Origin: Candidatus Peregrinibacteria bacterium
GTDB lineage: Bacteria > Patescibacteriota > Gracilibacteria > UBA1369 > LOWO2-01-FULL-3
NCBI GenBank assembly: GCA_016186245.1
Contig: JACPLZ010000024.1
Span: 17,941 to 56,511 of the forward strand
Direction: 5' to 3'
DNA: 38,571 nucleotides
Shown here in pieces: positions 24,613 through 32,300 of this stretch. The notes beneath the pieces were generated by a model. The model searched no databases. It had not been told where the DNA came from and saw only the letters and a program-made list of their open reading frames with translations. The translations under genes were made by a program, and so were the position numbers. Positions within the stretch are counted from its first letter, which is position 1. Every line of letters begins with the position of its first letter.

Positions 24613-25482
24613 TCATTTTATCTGTTTTTTGAATTTTATTCCTCCGCGAAAATTTTCAACAACTCCAACAAGTTTTCCTTTATTAAAAGCCATAGAACAG
24701 GAACCATGTTCGATTTTTTTATTCTCTAAAGTTTTACCATCGCCAAGCTGCAAGAGTTCTTTATCTGTTAAAATAGTACAAGGAAACTTTTCAGCTATTT
24801 TCTCAAGGCTCAGCAATTCTTGTTCGAAATTTTTATCCAGCTCACACACTTTTACCGCCCCGGAAACCAAAAAATCATTGATTGATAGTCTTCTCAACAA
24901 AGCCACATACGCCCCGCAACCAATTTTCTCTCCCAAATCAGAAATCAAAGATCTTATATAAGTCCCTGCACTGCATTGGACACGGAATCTGACCAGAGGC
25001 CAGTCATTTTTCAAAATTCTAAATTTATCAATAAGGATTTTTCTCGGTTTCATTTCCACCTCATTCCCGGAACGCATAATATCGGAGGCTCTCTTTCCGG
25101 CTATTTTCAGCGCTGAATATTTTGGCGGCACCTGTAAAATTTCACCGGAAAAATTGTCGGAAATGATTTTTTTCATCTCAAAATTTGTTTTCCGCGGAAA
25201 ATCAAACGAACTTTCAACAATTGTTCCATCCCTGTCTCCTGTTGACGACACAGCGCCAAACCTCGCAGCAACTTCATAGGTTTTGTCACAGCCCAGTAAA
25301 AATTCCAGAAGTTTCGTCGCCTCTCCAACAGCCACAATCAACAGTCCAGTAGCCAGCTTATCCAGTGTACCTGCATGGCCGACACGCCGCATGCCGGTGA
25401 GCTTTCTCACAGCCATAACAACTTCAAAAGAAGTCATCCCCTCTTCCTTGTCTATTAAAAAAAATCCGTTTATCATAATCAC
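24613..25482 (-). CDS. truB: tRNA pseudouridine(55) synthase
   Basis: GFFLIDKEEGMTSFEVV...VGHAGTLDKLATGLLIVAVGEATKL is the TruB catalytic Asp motif, and a PUA-like C-terminus is present. Confidence 0.9.
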   Translation of the reverse strand: MIMINGFFLIDKEEGMTSFEVVMAVRKLTGMRRVGHAGTLDKLATGLLIVAVGEATKLLEFLLGCDKTYEVAARFGAVSSTGDRDGTIVESSFDFPRKTNFEMKKIISDNFSGEILQVPPKYSALKIAGKRASDIMRSGNEVEMKPRKILIDKFRILKNDWPLVRFRVQCSAGTYIRSLISDLGEKIGCGAYVALLRRLSINDFLVSGAVKVCELDKNFEQELLSLEKIAEKFPCTILTDKELLQLGDGKTLENKKIEHGSCSMAFNKGKLVGVVENFRGGIKFKKQIK

Positions 25483-26783
25483 AACGCTATTTTTATTTCT
25501 CTGTTCAAAAGCTCGCCAATAACTTTTTTATCATTCCAGGGAATTTTACCGCGACGGTCAATCATAATCTCCTCTGCGCCCTTGCCGGCAACAAGCACAG
25601 TATCTCCATTTTTTGCCATCAATAAAGCAAGCCTGATAGCCTCTCTCCGATCAGGAATCTTCCAAAATCGATCACCCTCTGTACGTTTAATCCCTCCGCT
25701 CACCTGTTCAATAATTCCCCATTCATCCTCCGTATACGGATCATCATTTGTAACAATCACATAATCGGCCAACCGATCGGCAATTTCGCCCATCACCGGA
25801 CGCTTGGATTTATCACGACCGCCACCGGTACAACCAAACACAATAAACAATTTTCCCACAGTCAGCCCTTTATATAAAGCCAACAAACTCTCCAAAGCAT
25901 CAGGCGTATGAGCATAATCGACAACAACAGAAAAATCCTGCCCAGCCATCACTCGATCAAAACGCCCGGAAACCTGCCGCACCTCGGACAATCCTCTCGC
26001 AATAATCGGCAAAGGCAAGCCAAGACCAACACATACTGCTGCAACCGCCAGCGCGTTGTAAATATTAAAATCACCCGGCATCGGGATTTCCACATCTACA
26101 GAATCATTTGGAATGACCAGCTTGAATTTTGAGCCTTCCGCTTTTTTTTCAATATTTTCCGCGCGGATCGTACCACCATTAACGCCATAAATAAATTGCC
26201 TATCCGCCACAAACTGATCAAAGTAATTGAAATACTGATCATCCGCATTCAGCGCAAGAATTTTTGGAACATTCAACTTGCGGCGCCCCTCAACCACATG
26301 CCTAAACAAGCCACCCTTGGCGTTGAGATAACTATTAAAATCACCGTGATATTCCACGTGATCGGCGGTAACATTGGTAATCACAGCAACATCGATATTT
26401 ATTCCCAAAATCCGCGATTGATCCACGGCATGGGAAGTAACTTCAACCACCGCATATTTACAGCCCTCATCCACCATTCTTCTTAAAAGTTTTTGGAGAA
26501 AAAACGGCCCCATGGTCGTCTGCTTGGAAGCATTTATCCATTTCTCCTCGCCTATCTGAAAAGCAATTGTAGAACTCATCCCCACTCTGAAACCAGAGGC
26601 TGTCAAAACATCGGCAAGCATATTGGAAGTAGTGGTTTTGCCATTGGTGCCGGTTATACCAATCACAATCAGATCATCTGCCGGAAAACGGTAAATCACA
26701 GCCGCCAAAAACGCCATGATTTTATGATACATAAGCCGTAAAGGATGCCTGTCGGGAATTAAATTTCGGAGATAATTTAGCAT
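25479..26783 (-). CDS. murE: Mur ligase, MurE-like (UDP-MurNAc-tripeptide synthetase), lacking the canonical N-terminal domain
   Basis: It has GITGTNGKTTT at residues ~43-52, DYAHTPDALESL and FGCTGGGRDKSKRP. At 434 aa it is about 60 aa shorter at the N-terminus than model MurE enzymes. Confidence 0.8.
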   Translation of the reverse strand: MLNYLRNLIPDRHPLRLMYHKIMAFLAAVIYRFPADDLIVIGITGTNGKTTTSNMLADVLTASGFRVGMSSTIAFQIGEEKWINASKQTTMGPFFLQKLLRRMVDEGCKYAVVEVTSHAVDQSRILGINIDVAVITNVTADHVEYHGDFNSYLNAKGGLFRHVVEGRRKLNVPKILALNADDQYFNYFDQFVADRQFIYGVNGGTIRAENIEKKAEGSKFKLVIPNDSVDVEIPMPGDFNIYNALAVAAVCVGLGLPLPIIARGLSEVRQVSGRFDRVMAGQDFSVVVDYAHTPDALESLLALYKGLTVGKLFIVFGCTGGGRDKSKRPVMGEIADRLADYVIVTNDDPYTEDEWGIIEQVSGGIKRTEGDRFWKIPDRREAIRLALLMAKNGDTVLVAGKGAEEIMIDRRGKIPWNDKKVIGELLNREIKIAL

Positions 26784-26799
26784 ATTGATAGTTTACCGT

Positions 26800-26914
26800 G
26801 TCATCCTGAACTTGTTTATTTGTCATCCTGAACTTGTTTTTTGTCATCCTGAACTTGTTTCAGGATCTAACATTCCCAGTTAACCGTGAGATCCCGAAAT
26901 AAATTCGGGATGAC
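26800..26914. repeat. Hairpin-repeat cluster: three tandem GTCATCCTGAACTTGTTT units plus a GAGATCCCGAAATAAATTCGGGATGAC hairpin
   Basis: Units start at 26800, 26822 and 26843 (period 21-22 nt). The third completes the palindrome ATCCTGAA-CTTGT-TTCAGGAT. A second hairpin ATCCCGAA/TTCGGGAT lies at 26891-26911. Confidence 0.75.
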
Positions 26915-26920
26915 ACATTA

Positions 26921-27268
26921 TTACATCTTTCTCACCTCTTTCACATCTTTCTCAATTCTTTCCGCAAGCTCCTCCATGCTTCCAAATTTTTCCACATCGC
27001 GGATTTTTTTCAAAGTTCTCACAGTTAAAATCGAGCCGGGAAGAATCTCTCCATTCCAATCCAAAACATAAACCTCGCAAATTGGCTTTGGATCATCTAC
27101 GGTCGGCCTCGGCCCCAGATGCACCGCCGCCATCCGCCATTTTACATCAAGAAAAATTTCTCCGGCAAAAATACCGGAAATATCGCCATAGTATTCAATA
27201 TTAAGAGTTGGAAAACCAATTTTTTTAGCCAGCCCCTGACCTTTTATCAGCATTCCTTCTATCTCCAT
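26921..27268 (-). CDS. Riboflavin kinase domain protein (monofunctional, 115 aa)
   Basis: GQGLAKKIGFPTLNI...GIFAG...AAVHLGPRPT...EVYVLDW...LKKIRDVEKFGSMEELAERIEKD matches the C-terminal kinase half of RibF. No FAD synthetase half is present. Confidence 0.8.
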   Translation of the reverse strand: MEIEGMLIKGQGLAKKIGFPTLNIEYYGDISGIFAGEIFLDVKWRMAAVHLGPRPTVDDPKPICEVYVLDWNGEILPGSILTVRTLKKIRDVEKFGSMEELAERIEKDVKEVRKM

Positions 27269-27274
27269 GGTGCA

Positions 27275-27283
27275 AATATAGCA
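27275..27283 (-). promoter_or_regulatory. Extended -10 TGCTATATT, 6 nt upstream of the riboflavin kinase ATG (leaderless start)
   Basis: The reverse complement reads TGCTATATTTGCACC-ATG. Confidence 0.5.
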
Positions 27284-27320
27284 TTGCTTTTAGAAGATAC
27301 CTATTGTTTGATAAAAACAC

Positions 27321-28514
27321 ATGTTTCTAAATACGCTCAACAAAATTCTCCTCATCATCAATATATTGTTTATCCAGTCATATTTGATCCGCTTCCACAT
27401 AGGCCCGTATCCCAGCAATCTCCAGGAAATTCTGATCGCCGTCAACGCACTGACATTTCTTTCAATAACACCAATAAAAGAAATCTTTGCAGGATTGAAA
27501 CGCCACCGCGTAATTACATTGTTAATCGGCCTGACATTGCTAACCTCAATAATATCTCTTTTCGAAATTACAGAAATCATCAACCAACTCACCTACATCC
27601 GTCACTTAAAATTTACATTTTTCGGACTGGCGCTAAGTTTCATTTTTCTGGAAACATTCAGATCAGGACAGGAACGCCTGGCAGGGCTTAGAATAATGGG
27701 AATCGGCGCAGTAGCATTTGGAATTTTTTCGGCAATTTACAATCTGCTCGGCTTTAACGTAACCCATGATTACAGACTGCTCGGACCGCTCGATGGCGCA
27801 ATTTCAATGGCCTTTTACCTTGCGCCGTTTTTCATTTTTTTCACAATTGATTTTTTTGAAACCAAAAAGAAAATCAGCCTGGCATTCGCGCTGATCCTGG
27901 CAATCCTCATTGCCACCACCCGTTCCATGGGAACAATCGCCGGAAGCCTGGCCATACTCATTATTTATGCGCTGAAAAAAAGAATGACCAAAACAACTTT
28001 AATCATCACGGCAACAATAAGTCTATTTATAGTCGCGCTCATTTTCTACACAAAAATTCTGCCAACATTGAACACAAATTATTCAAGTTTGGATGAACGA
28101 AGAGATATTTGGCAAACATCCATGACCTTTCTCAGGGAACCGAAAAACTTTATTTTCGGGCTTGGCCTGGGACAATTTGAGGAAAACTATCTGCAAAATG
28201 TTTATCTGATACTTGGCCGCCCGCCACTCGATTATCACGTTCTCCATCCACATAATACTTTCCTGCTTTTTATATTCAATTATGGAATAGCAGGCCTGAT
28301 CTTTATCTCATGGCTTATTTACAACGCAATTAAAAATTTCTTTCAGTCCTCAAAAATTGATCTCAGGTTTATCGCCAGTCTTATTTTCCTTTATTTCGCC
28401 CTGCATGGAATGATAGACACTCCATTTTTCAGGAACGATCTGCTGTTTTTGCTCATATTATTTATGGAACTATTAGTAAAGAATCAAAAAGAGCATAGCA
28501 TTCAGGATTTCTAA
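27321..28514 (+). CDS. O-antigen ligase family (Wzy_C-type) polytopic membrane protein
   Basis: It has about 10 TM segments, a loop ERRDIWQTSMTFL...FGLGLGQFEE and HPHNTFLLFIFNYGIAGL, which is the typical H.HN....G..G signature. Confidence 0.7.
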   Translation: MFLNTLNKILLIINILFIQSYLIRFHIGPYPSNLQEILIAVNALTFLSITPIKEIFAGLKRHRVITLLIGLTLLTSIISLFEITEIINQLTYIRHLKFTFFGLALSFIFLETFRSGQERLAGLRIMGIGAVAFGIFSAIYNLLGFNVTHDYRLLGPLDGAISMAFYLAPFFIFFTIDFFETKKKISLAFALILAILIATTRSMGTIAGSLAILIIYALKKRMTKTTLIITATISLFIVALIFYTKILPTLNTNYSSLDERRDIWQTSMTFLREPKNFIFGLGLGQFEENYLQNVYLILGRPPLDYHVLHPHNTFLLFIFNYGIAGLIFISWLIYNAIKNFFQSSKIDLRFIASLIFLYFALHGMIDTPFFRNDLLFLLILFMELLVKNQKEHSIQDF

Positions 28515-28619
28515 AAATTGATGCAGTGCAAGGAAGTAAGCCATTTTCGACTGAGCCGTACTTACTGGTACGGCGAATAGAAAATTGGCGCAGCTGACGC
28601 AGCAATGCGCAATTTTCAG
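28511..28619. repeat. 109-nt structured repeat, copy 2
   Basis: It is homologous to 19823-19930 and has a perfect central stem GCCGTAC-TTACTG-GTACGGC. It also lies between convergent genes, and its last bases overlap the tpiA stop codon. Confidence 0.7.
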
Positions 28620-29278
28620 AAATCCAATCCCTTCACAATATCCAACAAAGCTTTCTTAGGATCATCCGCTTTTATCACTCCGGAAGCCAACAAAACCCCG
28701 CTCGCACCAAGCTGTAATGCAATCTTTACATCCTCGCCACTTTTTACTCCAGCGCCGACAAGCAGCCGCCCCTGCCCGGCAATTTTCACAGCCTCCACAA
28801 TCACACCCGGCTCCGCCCGGCTCACGGAAATATCTCCGCCGATCAAATCGGGCGGCTCCACGGCAATCAAATCCGGCTCAAATTTTTTAACCTCCGCCGC
28901 TCGCGCCGGCGTCTCCGCACAGGCGATCACAAACAGCCCCAGCTCATGACATTTTTTCACACTTTGCTCCAACTCCTCATTTCCAATCTGATACTCCGCA
29001 TGATTCAGCAAAGTGCCATAGCAACCGACCGCCTTTACCTGCTCCGCAAGCACTTTTCCTGTCCAGCTGCCATATCCGGTATGATCCACATGCTGCGCAA
29101 AAACCGGAATTTTCACAGTCCCGATCACATTTACCAGATCGACCGCATTCACCGCAATACCAATGGAAGCGCCCGTCTCCGCAGCTACTTCATCATGGAT
29201 TCTGGCCAACTTAAGAGCATTTTCCCCGGTCGCTTCCTGATAGACCTTAAAATTAACGATAATTACAGGCAACTTCAT
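28616..29278 (-). CDS. tpiA: Triosephosphate isomerase, archaeal-type short form (220 aa)
   Basis: IIVNFKVYQEATG, IPVFAQHVD...GS.TGKVL, GTLLNHAEY, AVEPPDLIGG and GAGVKSGEDVK...GVLLASGV.KADDP align along the whole length with archaeal TIMs. The start at 29278 (MKLPV) is preceded by TATATT at 6 nt. Confidence 0.85.
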   Translation of the reverse strand: MKLPVIIVNFKVYQEATGENALKLARIHDEVAAETGASIGIAVNAVDLVNVIGTVKIPVFAQHVDHTGYGSWTGKVLAEQVKAVGCYGTLLNHAEYQIGNEELEQSVKKCHELGLFVIACAETPARAAEVKKFEPDLIAVEPPDLIGGDISVSRAEPGVIVEAVKIAGQGRLLVGAGVKSGEDVKIALQLGASGVLLASGVIKADDPKKALLDIVKGLDF

Positions 29279-29313
29279 GCACCCAATATACTTGAAAAAA
29301 CATCTCCGCACAA

Positions 29314-29342
29314 TTGACCAAACAGGTTAAATTTGATATAAT
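29314..29342 (+). promoter_or_regulatory. Near-consensus sigma-70 promoter for the giant-gene pair (TTGACC-17 nt-TATAAT with extended TG)
   Basis: TTGACC is at 29314-29319 and TGATATAAT is at 29334-29342. The -10 ends 32 nt before the ATG at 29375, and the A-rich leader has no Shine-Dalgarno site. Confidence 0.6.
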
Positions 29343-29374
29343 TAAACGAAAATTTTGAAAACAAAAACAAACAG

Positions 29375-32300
29375 ATGTTTAAAGAAAGATTTCTGATATT
29401 CAGGGGTGAAAATTCAGAAAAACAGCCGGACTCCAGTGAAAGATCACACGGCGATAGAACTAATCTTATAGAAAACACAACCGAAGCTTTGGAAAATCTG
29501 GCCGAGACAATTGCCGTACTGGAAGATAAAAAAATCGATGAAAAAGTAAAAGAAGAAATTGCTCATAACATTGTAGATAATATATCGGAAGCGGCAATCA
29601 TCAAACTGCTGACAGACCGTAAAATCAGCCAGGAAACAAGAGACCTGATTTTCCGGCAATTGGGCAATAAATTATCCAATGATTTTTCCAGACTTGATAA
29701 TGAATCCACACGAACAATCGTAAATTACGCTCTGCTGGAATCAAAACAGGATTCACAACAATATAGAACTCTAAGCCAAAATCTCGACAGAGCCTGCATG
29801 GATAAACTCGATTTGCAGACAATTAAAGACTTGCTATCGCTAGCCTTCTGGCATGATAAAAATCTTTACAGAAAAATTCTGCCGTTGATTGGCAATGAAC
29901 AAAAAACAAAACTATTAGAAGATGAGGCTCTCGATATCCAATTCACAACGGATTTGAGAAATACCGTAGAATCCCCTATTCCGCAAAAAACCCCAGAAAA
30001 AGCCCCAAAAAAAATCACCAAAAAAACGCTGGAGAAAAAACTTTTCGCAAAATTATCAATCAAAGAAGGCAGATCGATCAACGAGCTTACCGGACAGCAA
30101 CTCAATGTCCTGGAAAAAAGCGTCAATAAAATCCGCGAAACAATCCAAAACGGCAAAGACATCAATGCCATAATGAGAGATATCGAAAAAACCGCGAAAA
30201 CCGCATACGGATTTCTTGGCTACTCGCCAATAGAATTCATAGAAATAGCCGGACCTGCGAACATAGACGCAAACACCTCAATAATTTGGAATCTGAAAAT
30301 AGAAAATGGCAATATTACCAAAATCGCCAATCGAAACACAATCCTGACTATAAAAGAGCGGCAACTTGTATTAAATTCACAGGAATACCAGAATTTTCTC
30401 GAGAGAGGCAAACGCACCGCCACGGAAATAGAAACCGACAAATCCCTTAAAGACAGCGAAAGGAGCCGAAAATACGAGTACAATCGCACTTACCAGGAAC
30501 TAACCGACAAGGTTTTTACGGTAAATTTGGATGACACCGACGAGGACAATATAATCGAAAATTGGAAATCGTTTCACGATTATCGTGAAGTAAACCGCAT
30601 TATGACAGGCTATCCATTCTCCGTGGATGAAATGGCCATCAGCAAAAAAGCAGCCGCCATCATCGCGGAAGGCTGGGACAGCGAGGTAAAATTTGAGGAT
30701 ATTTTCGCGCAAATGGATGGATTTAAAGCTGTCGACAGTCAAAAAATTCCAAAAGAATTTATGCGGGATTCCGCTGTATTTCTGGAAGAATTTAACAGGC
30801 TCAAAAATAACCAGACACCTCTCCCGGAAGAGGAAATCGCCAGACGGGATAATATGTTTAATGTTTTGAGCCGCTGTCTTGATCTGCTTTACGCGCTGTC
30901 AAATTTGCGGGCCAAAGAAAAGCAACCGGAGCCGGAAGAGTCGAAAATTCCTGAAACACTCTCCGATGCGGCGCGAACAGAGCAGGAAGAAATCTACGAT
31001 GCGCTCACCGAACTCACGGAATATGACATCGATTCAAGCAATGTCTGGCACGAATTTTACTCCTTGGCTTTTGAAGGAAAACACAAAACCGATATCACCA
31101 TGGCCGATATGGACGGTACAACTTTCACGGTTTCACAGGGAACTTTCAAGGATCGCTACAATCCAAGAGCCGCCTCCGACATTATCACGGAAACACCGGG
31201 AAATTATCACTTTGAAAATGGCATAAAACTTCTCGACAGATCAGCAATTCTCACATACATCAACGAAAGGATAAAACTTGGCAGCATCAATATCGCGCTG
31301 GCGGAAGCCAATGTTGCCAATCTGGAAGATTTTCACAGCAATATTGGACAAAAGATGAACAATCTTTATATCACTGATTTAACAGAGTTGTCCGATGAAC
31401 AAAAAGAAGCCTTTCAGCTTGGTTTCATAGTCGCTGAATCCAGAAAAAGCGCCGCCCAGCTTAGCGAAGCAGCGGAAAAAAATCCGATTTTCAGACAGCT
31501 TCATGAAAAAATGCGCCTTGAGGGAGTAAGCGCGGAAGATAGAAAAAAAATCGAAGACGGGTTGATCGCAGCAGGTGGCATCACAGTCGATACGCGCACA
31601 GGGGAAATCAACGGTTTTGGCGCAGGCGCAAACATTCTTAAAATTTCCGACAACATCACCATTTCCGCATTTGGCGGAAGTTTTGACGGAAACATAATTG
31701 TGGGAGGAAAACTTCAAATCAATATAGTCAATAACGAAAACAGAACAATCGCCATCGAAATACCAATCAGCATTGCCGGTATCGGCGCCGGCGCATCATG
31801 GAGAGAAAAAATCGGCGAATACAATCTGGATATTTTTGCCGGAGGACAACTGAATTTTGAGAACTTAATGCCAATTGCCGGAGGCGGCATCATGATTTCC
31901 GTAAATACCGAAGAAAGACTTAACAGAAATCTGGAAGAAGCGCAGAAGCAGGGAAATCTCGCGCAAATATGGAAAGAATGGAAAAATCTGCCCAAAAGCG
32001 ATATAGCAGGAAAATATGAAAAATTAAAAACGCTGCAACCGCTTTATAGCCGGTTACAACCGCTCGAAAGATACTACGGCCTGACAAAAGAAGACATTGT
32101 TTTTATCGTTGAAGGCGTCCAGGACAAAATCAAAGAGGAAGTTTTTGAAAATACCAGTTCTTCCTTGATTGAAGGAATCCCCCTGCTGTCGCATGCCGGA
32201 TTCATTATGCTCGGAGTAGTGCCTGTCCCGGCGGTAGGCATAGAAATCCTCGGCGCAAAAATTTCCATCCCAAACCGCAGTGAAATTTCCCGATTGATAA

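Noticed and set aside
26800-26867. Possible CRISPR array, based on three direct repeats of GTCATCCTGAACTTGTTT.
   Set aside because: The period is only 21-22 nt with 3-4 nt between units, so there are no spacers. No cas genes are present. The unit belongs to the dispersed hairpin-repeat family.
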